Origin: a virus
Lineage: Duplodnaviria; Caudoviricetes
Virus record (IMG/VR): IMGVR_UViG_3300030012_001538
Coordinates: 1-29,819 of that record
Length of the DNA stretch: 29,819 nucleotides
Reading direction: 5' to 3' (one strand)
The translations under genes were made by a program, and so were the position numbers. Positions 16,914-25,490 of the stretch are shown here, in pieces (position 1 is the stretch's first letter; each line of letters begins with the position of its first letter). The notes under the pieces are model-generated. The model was not told the origin of the DNA. It worked only from the letters and a program-made list of their open reading frames with translations, and did not search any database.

Positions 16914-16947
16914 CTTAAACACAAGTATAAAAGTAAAAGAAAGTCTT

Positions 16948-17532
16948 TTATGAAGTTACAATTGTACAGTTACCAGTACCACCAGCACCGTTTTGTAGTA
17001 AAAGCTTCAATTCAGTTTCGTTAGTTGCATTGATAAAGTTAGCTGGTAATTCTTCCATTGCAGTAAATGTTAAAGAATATCCGTTAAAGTCACCAAGTGC
17101 AGAACCACTTGAAATTGTACCAGCAGTTACATCACATCCTTGATCCAAGCCCATTAAAAAGAATTGGTCACCTCTTGCGTGTATAATTATTCTTGGTCTT
17201 CCGTAAGAAATTAATTTTATATTCTTGGTACTTTTAACATCTTGTCTTTTAAGTTGAACGGTCAACGATTGCTCGAAAAAAGTCGTTCCATTTTCCCTAC
17301 TACTATTAATAGTTTGCTCAAATGAATTTGCACCTTTAAGTTCAAACTTATAAATACTAAATGATAAACCATCACTTTGTACTGCTACGATTTGGTCAGT
17401 ATTATCTGATGTTCCATATTGGTTTAAACTTGGGAAGTCTAAATCGCCATAGTTCACAAGATAGATTGCGTGTAATCCCGAAACTGCATCTTTGCATTGC
17501 TCCGTTCTTCCACCTATTATATCACACGACAT
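16948..17532 (-). CDS. Putative major tail (tube) protein
   Basis: 194 aa, begins MSCDI..GR...CKD.VSG, contains SRENGTTFFEQSLT and GYSLTFTA.E. Biased codon usage; lies downstream of the MCP. Confidence 0.65.
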   Translation of the reverse strand: MSCDIIGGRTEQCKDAVSGLHAIYLVNYGDLDFPSLNQYGTSDNTDQIVAVQSDGLSFSIYKFELKGANSFEQTINSSRENGTTFFEQSLTVQLKRQDVKSTKNIKLISYGRPRIIIHARGDQFFLMGLDQGCDVTAGTISSGSALGDFNGYSLTFTAMEELPANFINATNETELKLLLQNGAGGTGNCTIVTS

Positions 17533-17553
17533 ATTTTTAGTTTTTTAAAGTTT

Positions 17554-17581
17554 ATAAATAAGTGGGGTTTTTACACCCCAC
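17554..17581 (-). terminator. Hairpin/weak terminator between MCP and tail tube genes
   Basis: GTGGGGT/ACCCCAC 7-bp stem followed by TTATTTAT on the minus strand. Confidence 0.55.
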
Positions 17582-17593
17582 AATTAATTAGTC

Positions 17594-18517
17594 TTATGCG
17601 TAGATAACTACGTCAGAATTGATTCCCATTGCAACCGCAGCAGTAAATCTCATAATAACTCTAACGTTTTGAGATCCATCTAATTCAGCCATATCTAAAA
17701 CTCTAACTTCGTTAGTGTCGTTTAATAGACCAGTTCCAAAGAACATATTAGATTTTTGTGCAGCCATCATTGAAGATGCTGGTAAACCTTGAGCAACAAC
17801 TACTGGAATACCATCGAAAGAAAGACCACCGTTATTAAACCAAGTTGTTCCTTGTGCGTTAACACCGTTAGCACCTAAACCGTTAGCACCGAAACCACCG
17901 AGACTTCGGATATAAGCGCGGGCTACGTTAGGCGCAACATAGATAAATACGTCTTCTTTTCCGTAAACTGCTTGTGGAATAGCGTCAACAACTTTTCCCA
18001 TTTCGTCAATTACGTTTGCAGCAGTCACACCAGTACCAGTTACGGCAACACATCCCGAACCACCAGCAGTAGCTAAATAGTAAAAACCGTCAAATTCTCC
18101 AGCGTTTGCAGTTTGACCAGCCCAAATGTTAGATTCGATTTTAGAAGCAACTTTTGCAGCAGTATGTGCAATAACAAAGTCAGAAAGACTTGGTGCTAAT
18201 TTATCAAATGCAGAATAACCCATTTGTTCAGCTTCCCAAGAATTAACTAAATCTTTTTTGCAGATATCCACATTTACTTGGAATTCTTCTGGTTGAATAA
18301 TTTTTTCTGAAAGTGTTAATGTTCCACTTGCAGTATAATCACAAGTTGCGTTTGCAACGATGTCATTGTATGATCCAACTTGTAAAACACTTTTGTATTT
18401 TACGTTTGGCATTACAGTTATTAGACCTTTGTCTAAAGTTTGTGCTGAAAGTAAAGCAGCAGAAATATACTTCCCACTAAATTCACCAGCATACGTTGAG
18501 GTTAAAGATACACCCAT
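17594..18517 (-). CDS. Major capsid protein
   Basis: 307 aa following the scaffold gene, with strongly biased codons and YAGEF.GKYI, NIW.G and C-terminal VRVIMRFTA motifs. Confidence 0.8.
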   Translation of the reverse strand: MGVSLTSTYAGEFSGKYISAALLSAQTLDKGLITVMPNVKYKSVLQVGSYNDIVANATCDYTASGTLTLSEKIIQPEEFQVNVDICKKDLVNSWEAEQMGYSAFDKLAPSLSDFVIAHTAAKVASKIESNIWAGQTANAGEFDGFYYLATAGGSGCVAVTGTGVTAANVIDEMGKVVDAIPQAVYGKEDVFIYVAPNVARAYIRSLGGFGANGLGANGVNAQGTTWFNNGGLSFDGIPVVVAQGLPASSMMAAQKSNMFFGTGLLNDTNEVRVLDMAELDGSQNVRVIMRFTAAVAMGINSDVVIYA

Positions 18518-18548
18518 TTTTTTTAGTTTTTAATTTATAATTTATTTT

Positions 18549-19211
18549 TTATTCGCTTAATCTGTCCATTACCCTATCAAGTGTTGTACGCATTCTATTT
18601 TGACCGTACTTAAATCCTTCAACTTCTTTTTTGTTTTCGGGATTGAACACTATTGGTTTTGGTTCTTCTTCAGTAGATAGTTCTACTTCAGTAGTTTCTT
18701 TTACTTCTTCTTTAGTTTCTACACTTTCTTCTTTCGTGTTTTCAACTGAAGTTTCTTCAGAACTTAATTTTAAACCTTCAAGTTCTTTCTTTAAAGATTC
18801 GTTTTCTTCTTTAAGCTTTTCGATTTCACTAAAGAATGATTCCTTTGTAATTGATTCGATAACCTTTTTAGGTGTTTTCGTTTCTTCTTTATACATTTCT
18901 TTTTCCTCCTCCTCACTTCTTGCTTCTTCTTCAACTACTTCTTCGGTTACTTCTTCTTCTTTAGCTTCTTTGATTTCTTCGATAAGACCTTCTTCTTTAA
19001 CAACTACCATACGACCATCTTCAAGTGTATAGTCGCCTATTGGCATTGCTACTTTTCCGTCTTCGGTTACTATCATTATTTCAGCACCAGCTTCAAAGTC
19101 ACTTTCAACGATTGTTAAACCGTCTTCAAGTTTCATTTGTGCAAGTCTTACTACTTCGCTTTCAACACCTAAAAGTGTTTTTATCTTTGTTAAAATTTCA
19201 GTTGTATTCAT
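18549..19211 (-). CDS. Capsid scaffolding protein
   Basis: Very Glu-rich coiled coil directly upstream of the MCP; P.GDY.LEDG motif. Confidence 0.75.
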   Translation of the reverse strand: MNTTEILTKIKTLLGVESEVVRLAQMKLEDGLTIVESDFEAGAEIMIVTEDGKVAMPIGDYTLEDGRMVVVKEEGLIEEIKEAKEEEVTEEVVEEEARSEEEEKEMYKEETKTPKKVIESITKESFFSEIEKLKEENESLKKELEGLKLSSEETSVENTKEESVETKEEVKETTEVELSTEEEPKPIVFNPENKKEVEGFKYGQNRMRTTLDRVMDRLSE

Positions 19212-19228
19212 TTTTCTTTTTTATTTTA

Positions 19229-19633
19229 TTATCTTACTTTTGAAAATTCTTTAGCCATTTTATTTGCAAATCTTTCAGCTTCTGCATATTTTTTAAATGA
19301 TTTTTGACCTTCGACATAATCTTTGCTTTCTTTGGCATTTATACCTAAATCTTTTGCTTTCTTTTCAAAATTGTCTAACATTCGAGCCATATCACTTGCC
19401 ATACTATCGCCTAATTCACCCCATTTATATATAGCACTTATTGTTTCGTTTAATTCTTTTTTCAATCTTTCACCTCTATTTTGTAGACCTTCAAGTTCTG
19501 AATAATATTTTTTATAGCCATTGCTATATTTTTTTATATCGTCAATTATTGCAAGTTCTACTTTATGCGTTTCAAGTTCGGTTTTTTCTTCTTTAGAAAA
19601 TAAACGATTGTAAACGGATTTTTGTGTGTTCAT
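19229..19633 (-). CDS. Helical protein, candidate internal head protein
   Basis: 134 aa with its own late promoter, in the head module; leader MNTQKSVYNRLFSKEEKTELETHKVELA. Confidence 0.7.
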   Translation of the reverse strand: MNTQKSVYNRLFSKEEKTELETHKVELAIIDDIKKYSNGYKKYYSELEGLQNRGERLKKELNETISAIYKWGELGDSMASDMARMLDNFEKKAKDLGINAKESKDYVEGQKSFKKYAEAERFANKMAKEFSKVR

Positions 19634-19636
19634 AAC

Positions 19637-19662
19637 TATATAACTATTTAAATTTAATTTGT
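19637..19662 (-). promoter_or_regulatory. Phage late promoter ACAA-N12-TAGTTATATA-N3-ATG
   Basis: The 10-mer is at 19637-19646, 3 nt before the ATG at 19633. Confidence 0.75.
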
Positions 19663-19673
19663 TGCGTTTAAGG

Positions 19674-19835
19674 TTAAATTTTACCTATTCCTTGTGCGTG
19701 TAAAGTACCGTCGCAGCAATCTACGTGGTAAGTGTTGTCATCGCATAAACAACCTCTTTTACTTCCTTTTGGTGAAGTTCTACTTGGTGTTGCGTTTTTT
19801 CTTTTTTTTACGTTTTTTCTTGTACTTTTTTTCAT
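19674..19835 (-). CDS. Small basic Cys-rich protein (53 aa), not in the ORF track
   Basis: MKKSTRKNVKKRKNATPSRTSPKGSKRGCLCDDNTYHVDCCDGTLHAQGIGKI*. It fills the gap and overlaps the 3' end of the protease gene. Confidence 0.65.
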   Translation of the reverse strand: MKKSTRKNVKKRKNATPSRTSPKGSKRGCLCDDNTYHVDCCDGTLHAQGIGKI

Positions 19836-21024
19836 AGTCTTCAATCATTTTTTTAAGTTCTTCAACTATTTGCTTGTCACGTTCTTGCTTTGTAGCTTCT
19901 AACTTACCAAGTTGTTTAAGTTTGCTTTCTGACCAACGTAGTGCAGCTAAACCACCCCATAGTAAATAAGATATATTACCACAGTCGTTTGTGTCAGCGT
20001 CATCGTAGTAAGTTTTAGCACGGCTTAAATAAGAATACATTCTTTGGATCGTGGCTACTGTTAAAGGGCGACCAGCAGCTAAATCAGCACCTCTATTTTT
20101 TCCAGTAAGTGTTGCACACTTATTGTTGTTTTTTTCGTTTAGTTCTATACCACGTTTTGCATTGTTGCTTACTGCTTGTGGATAGTCGCTATAACTTTCT
20201 AATTGTGTAGAATTTTTTATAGGCACACAGTTAGGTACTTTACGACCACCTTTTATTTTAAAGCCAATCATTTCATAACCACTTGTGCAAGGTTTTTTTA
20301 AATCTATGGTTGGTATTTCTTCGCTTAAAGAATGTTGTTCGCAAGGCATAAACCAAGTTTTACCTTCGAAGTCGTGTTCGTGAAAACCTTCGCAACCTAC
20401 TTCTTTTGCAACCTTTAATGCTTTTTCTTTTGTACTATATGCCGTTCGGTCATCTATTATTGCAAGTTCATCGTCTATTACAACGGATTTAAATTCTTGC
20501 TTACTTGCTTCAACTTTTTCTGCAAAATAACCTTCTATTGAAAAACCTTTTATTTCACCTTCTTTTACTTTTTTCCATACCTCATCGTTGTCAACTTTCA
20601 TAGATATCATCCAAGTACCTTCTGGAACGTTAAATTCGTATAAAGCACTTTTATCTTTTTTAGTGTCTTCTACGATCCAACTTTCAACTACGGTCATACC
20701 ATCAATTTTTTTTGCGTGTTCTAATGTTGCGTTGCTTTGGTTTGACTTCTTTAAAAATAGTTGACTTGCTTTTCTTATTGTTTCTTTAGAAAAATAAATG
20801 TAGTATTCTTCATTAGTCTTTTCGTTGCGTCGGTATATTTGTTTTTTAGGTACTAATGCAGCACCCATTAAAATACGCTTTTCTTCGTTTATCGTTTTTA
20901 ATTGTATTTCGTGTTTTTTTAGTGCTATCCAATTTTCTTCTATTGCTGGATTTTCAACTACACTTACGGCATCAACACCACTATTAATGTCATCTTCGTT
21001 TAAAACAAGTTCAATGATTTTCAT
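19780..21024 (-). CDS. XkdF-like prohead protease with appended C-terminal modules
   Basis: AVSVVENPAIE, KRILMGAALVP, TLEH, VESWI, GTW and GFSIEG motifs in the N-terminal 170 aa. Confidence 0.8.
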   Translation of the reverse strand: MKIIELVLNEDDINSGVDAVSVVENPAIEENWIALKKHEIQLKTINEEKRILMGAALVPKKQIYRRNEKTNEEYYIYFSKETIRKASQLFLKKSNQSNATLEHAKKIDGMTVVESWIVEDTKKDKSALYEFNVPEGTWMISMKVDNDEVWKKVKEGEIKGFSIEGYFAEKVEASKQEFKSVVIDDELAIIDDRTAYSTKEKALKVAKEVGCEGFHEHDFEGKTWFMPCEQHSLSEEIPTIDLKKPCTSGYEMIGFKIKGGRKVPNCVPIKNSTQLESYSDYPQAVSNNAKRGIELNEKNNNKCATLTGKNRGADLAAGRPLTVATIQRMYSYLSRAKTYYDDADTNDCGNISYLLWGGLAALRWSESKLKQLGKLEATKQERDKQIVEELKKMIEDYEKKYKKKRKKKKKRNTK

Positions 21025-21027
21025 ATC

Positions 21028-21053
21028 TATATAACTAAAAAAATTTATATTGT
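21028..21053 (-). promoter_or_regulatory. Phage late promoter ACAA-N12-TAGTTATATA-N3-ATG
   Basis: The 10-mer is at 21028-21037, 3 nt before the ATG at 21024. Confidence 0.75.
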
Positions 21054-22970
21054 TGCGTTTTGTATTTTATTACGGTCTAAACTTTGTGCCGTTGTAATAT
21101 CACCACTTACCACAAAAGCTTGTGTTGGTTGCATTTGTAATTCGGCAAGTTGGTTTATTCCACTATCGCCTACAACGTTAAAACTTGGTTGTGGCATAGC
21201 ACCACCACCAGCACCAGCACTTGTATCGCCTAAATCACTTGCAACTTGTCCACCTTCAAATTTAGCACTTGCTATTTTTGCTATTTGTACGGCACTAAAA
21301 GCACCAGCAATTGCTGCTTGAATACTTTTTAAAACTACACCACCAGGTGCGTTTGCATAAGTTGAAATTACGGCTTTATAACCACTCATTGTTGCTTCGG
21401 CAATGTCTGCTGCTTTCTTAATATTAAATGCACGTTTTGCTGATTTTTGGTCTTTTGCTGCAAATAAGTCTGCGATGTCTGAAACCAACCTTAGACCATC
21501 TATTGCAATATTAGCTACGGCTTGTGCAGTTTGTTGTGCTTGTTGTTTTCTTGATTCATCGTAGTCTTTTGTTATTTGAAGTTTTTTATCTTCTATTTTA
21601 GCGTGTAATTCAATTTCTGCTGCACCCCTAACTTCCATTTGTTCAAACTCAACTTCGCCACGTCTTTCACCTAAAGCAATAATTTTACCTTGCCTTATAC
21701 GTTCTTGTTCAACTAATAATTCGGTTCTTTGTGTAGAAGTAAGTTTATCGTTTGCAAGTATGTCTTCACGTATTCTTTTGGCTTGTGTGTTAATTAAAAT
21801 AACTTCTTTGTCGTAGCCTTCTTTAAGTTGTGCTATTCGTAAGTCTTCAAGTTCCCGTTCAATTTGTAAATTAAATGCACGTCTTTCTGCACGTTTTGCT
21901 GCTCTTTTTTCAGCTTCTTCAAAGTCTTTTTTACGTTGTTCTTCAAGCTTTTTTTCTTCTTCACGGGTTGCAATAATTTCCATTCTTGCAAGTTCTTGTT
22001 CTTTTCTATATCTTTCAGCACGAATTTGTATTCTTTGTTGTGTAGAAAGTAATTCTTCACTACTACCAAGAACCATATTTAAATTAGCAATTTCAGTTTC
22101 TAAGTTTTCTTTTCTTAATTTATTTATTTCTTTCTGGTTGTCTATTCCTTCAGCTTCTAAATCTTTTATTTTTTCTTGATTTTTTATAACTAAAACTTGT
22201 CTATCTACAAATGTTTGATTGTTCTGAATAATTTTATTCATATCAGCTAAATCTTTTTGCCTTGCAGTATTTAACTTTTCTTGTGCTTCTGCTGCGTCTT
22301 CTACTTCAGAAGTGTAACTACTAACAAGTGCAGTTATATCTTCCCAATAAGCTACGACTGCACCTAAAGCAACTAAAAACAAACCTATTCCAGTTGCAGC
22401 AACACCAGCTTTTATTCCACTTAAAGCTTTTTTTGCAGCCATTCCCATAGCCATAAAACTTTTAGCACCTTCACGCAAACCTTCAATGCCTTGCGTAATT
22501 GCCATTGCACTTTGTACTTTTAAAAGCGTTGCTTCTAGTTCTTCAGATTCAGTACCAAATAAAGCCATAGAACCTTGCACCAAAGCAAAACCACTTGCAG
22601 CACCTTGAATAGCACCACCAAGTTTTTGTGACATAGTAGTTGCAGCAGCATCCACAACCATATCGGTATCTATTTGCACCTTTCTATACTTTCCAACCTC
22701 ACTTAACAAGTCGTTAAATTCTTTACTTGCCGTGTCACCAGCTAAAGCCATTTGGTAAAGTCGGTCTTCCATCTCACCCATTTGTGCCGTTAATGGTTTT
22801 ACTTCACCATAAACTTCTTCAAATGAAGCGTGTAAATCTTTGTTCGTCTTTTGAACCTTTTTTTCGGCTTGGTTTAAATTGTCTACACTTTGCCCTAAAT
22901 CGTCTATGCCTTTTTTAGCTTGTTCGGCATTCGTGTTTACTTCAAGTTCTATTGTTTTTTTAGTTGCCAT
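21045..22970 (-). CDS. Tail tape measure protein
   Basis: 641 aa Ala-rich helical and coiled-coil protein with a hydrophobic ATGIGLFLVALGAVVAYW segment. Confidence 0.8.
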   Translation of the reverse strand: MATKKTIELEVNTNAEQAKKGIDDLGQSVDNLNQAEKKVQKTNKDLHASFEEVYGEVKPLTAQMGEMEDRLYQMALAGDTASKEFNDLLSEVGKYRKVQIDTDMVVDAAATTMSQKLGGAIQGAASGFALVQGSMALFGTESEELEATLLKVQSAMAITQGIEGLREGAKSFMAMGMAAKKALSGIKAGVAATGIGLFLVALGAVVAYWEDITALVSSYTSEVEDAAEAQEKLNTARQKDLADMNKIIQNNQTFVDRQVLVIKNQEKIKDLEAEGIDNQKEINKLRKENLETEIANLNMVLGSSEELLSTQQRIQIRAERYRKEQELARMEIIATREEEKKLEEQRKKDFEEAEKRAAKRAERRAFNLQIERELEDLRIAQLKEGYDKEVILINTQAKRIREDILANDKLTSTQRTELLVEQERIRQGKIIALGERRGEVEFEQMEVRGAAEIELHAKIEDKKLQITKDYDESRKQQAQQTAQAVANIAIDGLRLVSDIADLFAAKDQKSAKRAFNIKKAADIAEATMSGYKAVISTYANAPGGVVLKSIQAAIAGAFSAVQIAKIASAKFEGGQVASDLGDTSAGAGGGAMPQPSFNVVGDSGINQLAELQMQPTQAFVVSGDITTAQSLDRNKIQNATI

Positions 22971-23122
22971 TATTTCTTTTTAAAGTACAATTTTCTTTTT
23001 TCTTGTTTGTATATTTTTTTTACATTACTTTCTAACTTGTACTTGCCTTTTGCTATTTCTACATTCTCACTTATTCCAAAGTGGTCATCTAATTTTAGCA
23101 TATCTATTATGTTCTTTATCAT
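22970..23122 (-). CDS. Small basic protein (50 aa), not in the ORF track
   Basis: MIKNIIDMLKLDDHFGISENVEIAKGKYKLESNVKKIYKQEKRKLYFKKK*. It starts 1 nt after the upstream stop and has TAATG coupling to the tape measure gene. Confidence 0.7.
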   Translation of the reverse strand: MIKNIIDMLKLDDHFGISENVEIAKGKYKLESNVKKIYKQEKRKLYFKKK

Positions 23123-23123
23123 T

Positions 23124-25490
23124 TTACGGTTGTTGTATTATTATCGAAGTGTCATTAGTTGCACCGTTGCAATAAGTGTGTGTAACATTTAGTGTTATAC
23201 TTTGTGGTGCAGATTCTTCGGTTTCTATTCTAAAAAAGTTTTCCGTGTTTACATAGTTTGATCCATCTTCGGTAACTATTAATTCTTGCGTGTTACTATT
23301 TGCTGGAACACAAACTTCTACTATTTGACTACTTGTAATAGTGCTTGGTGTAATAGTTACACCACCAGTTGTAGTGCTTATTGTAGCAGAACAAACACCG
23401 TTTAATAAATTAACTGGTACGTCTACACAATTAGATGTTGGCTTACTATGAATAATTGTTAACGGTGAAAGTGGTCTAAAGTCTAAAAGTAAAGTCATAT
23501 CAACATCGCCACTTGTGATATTTGACTTCATTTCGTTTATGACATATCTTTTATCACGAATTATTACACGGTCATTTAATTTTAAATTAGTTAACATTGA
23601 AATAGGTAATTGTGTTTTTACCTTTATCAATCTATTTTGCAAGTCATATAGATTTTGTAAATAATTAAAATAATATGTTGCGTATAAAGTGTCAGTTACT
23701 GGTGTTAATAAAAACGTACTACGGTCAGCATTAAAATTTAATGTGTAGTTTGTAATTCCGTTTACTTGTAGGTCTTGACCAAATGGCATATAATCGCTAA
23801 CCGTAACTTCTGCCGTTCCGTTATAGAACTTAAAATTCGTGCTTTGCTTGTCGTACATATACATTAAACAAGGTTTAGGAACATAAGAAGCTAAATTATC
23901 ATCTAAAGCATAAGCTACTTGCGTGGTTGTTCCAGTAAACTTTTGTCCCATTAAGTTTTCAAATGGTAGTTGAACGGTAAATTCACCACCATCGTATGTA
24001 AATGATTGTTCCGTGTTTCCGTATTCACGATAAAACAAAGCTTTGAATTGTTGGTTTAATACGCTTTTGCTTTCTTGATATTTAAAAGATATTCTTTTAT
24101 ACAATGGCACACGGTCAACATCAATGCTTTTAACGTCGGTGTGTTTTGTTATGTCGTATAAATCGCCAAGTGTATACCACGTCTCTAAAGTTTCTATTTC
24201 GTAAGTGTCTGCAACCGTACCAAAACAAGTTAGGTTAAACATTTTTAAAACACCACTAAAAAAGTCAGCTACTTTTATTTCGGGAACTAATGATCCAAGA
24301 CTTGAATTTCCCGTTAATGTTTGTGTTGCACCCGTTATAGTAAATTCATCTACGGGTACGATGGTAGTTCCAACCGTTGCTTCCCAAAAACAATTTGTTG
24401 TAGTGTCTATGTCAATTTGGTTTGCTGCTCTCATTTCAAGAACTATGCTTTCGTCTAAACCTGGTGCGTTTTGGTCATATACTATTTGATGCGTTGCCGT
24501 TCCTTGTCCTTGAATAGTATGCGAAAATACACCGTTTCTATGTACGTCAATATAGTAGTCAGTTGCAGCATCACTTGGTATTACTGTCGTGTTTATTACA
24601 AACCTATAATGTTGACCACCTACTACGTTAGAATAATTGTATGTTATTGTGTTTGTTGTTAAGTCAACACCACTATTAACTGGTGCAGTTCCAGCAGCAT
24701 ACACTACACTTGCAAAGTCAACTTCTTTAGCACCCGTTATAAATGTATTAGATTTCGTGTTTTTCGCCCAAAGAAAACATTTCTTAAATCTTTCATCGTC
24801 TAAAAAAGTACCCGTAAAAGTTATGCCATAATGCGTAGCAATTACTTCAAATAGTTTTTTAATTTTTACTGCTGGAAAAAGTTCGTTAAATAATATTCGA
24901 CCAGCCGATGCAGTTATGTCATTACTACTTGGACTACCACCATAATTCCAATTTCTATCGCTACTTATTAATGGGTATCTTACATCGTAGTCGGTTGTGT
25001 CGTCGGTTATTCTATTGTAAACTTCTGAACCCGTATAAGTGTGGTCTAAAGAACTTAAATCAACATCGCTTAACATATCTTCGCCAAACTTATCTTTTAA
25101 GCTTGTGATGTCACCATAAAAAGTTAGCGTATAGCTTTCGGGTTTACCATCTTTTAAGTTTGCTTTTTCAAGTTGTATTTTACCCGTTCGAAAAGGTGTT
25201 AGGTTTATGTCAAGTTGTGCGTCTTTTCGTATGTTTACATTGAACGTAAATTGTGTTGGTGAAGTTGGTGTTATGTTAGTTGGGTTATATCCGTAAACAT
25301 CACTATTGTAAAAGTGTTGAAATACTTTATTATTTGTTTTGGTTGCTGGAACGGTAAACGATTGACTGAAGTCACTATAAATCTTGCTAATATCTTGGAT
25401 GTTTTGAACACTTGAATTTACTTGTATTTGTTCGTCATCAAACAAGTCAAGCTTTACCCCTTCAACATATATTTGTACGCTTCTTTTCAT
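23124..25490 (-). CDS. Large tail tip/hub protein
   Basis: 788 aa with N-terminal LDLF.DE.I....SVQNI.DISK..SDFSQSFTVPA; beta/Thr-rich; tail module. Confidence 0.7.
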   Translation of the reverse strand: MKRSVQIYVEGVKLDLFDDEQIQVNSSVQNIQDISKIYSDFSQSFTVPATKTNNKVFQHFYNSDVYGYNPTNITPTSPTQFTFNVNIRKDAQLDINLTPFRTGKIQLEKANLKDGKPESYTLTFYGDITSLKDKFGEDMLSDVDLSSLDHTYTGSEVYNRITDDTTDYDVRYPLISSDRNWNYGGSPSSNDITASAGRILFNELFPAVKIKKLFEVIATHYGITFTGTFLDDERFKKCFLWAKNTKSNTFITGAKEVDFASVVYAAGTAPVNSGVDLTTNTITYNYSNVVGGQHYRFVINTTVIPSDAATDYYIDVHRNGVFSHTIQGQGTATHQIVYDQNAPGLDESIVLEMRAANQIDIDTTTNCFWEATVGTTIVPVDEFTITGATQTLTGNSSLGSLVPEIKVADFFSGVLKMFNLTCFGTVADTYEIETLETWYTLGDLYDITKHTDVKSIDVDRVPLYKRISFKYQESKSVLNQQFKALFYREYGNTEQSFTYDGGEFTVQLPFENLMGQKFTGTTTQVAYALDDNLASYVPKPCLMYMYDKQSTNFKFYNGTAEVTVSDYMPFGQDLQVNGITNYTLNFNADRSTFLLTPVTDTLYATYYFNYLQNLYDLQNRLIKVKTQLPISMLTNLKLNDRVIIRDKRYVINEMKSNITSGDVDMTLLLDFRPLSPLTIIHSKPTSNCVDVPVNLLNGVCSATISTTTGGVTITPSTITSSQIVEVCVPANSNTQELIVTEDGSNYVNTENFFRIETEESAPQSITLNVTHTYCNGATNDTSIIIQQP

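Noticed and set aside
17864-17896. ACCGTTAGCACC direct repeat in the MCP gene
   Set aside because: Explained by the protein repeat GANGLGANG.
18880-18995. TTC/TCT-rich low-complexity tract
   Set aside because: It simply encodes the poly-Glu region of the scaffold protein.
21833-22069. Nested minus-strand ORFs 21833-22069 and 25868-26059
   Set aside because: They are out-of-frame ORFs inside the tape measure and tail genes, with no leader, coupling or motif.
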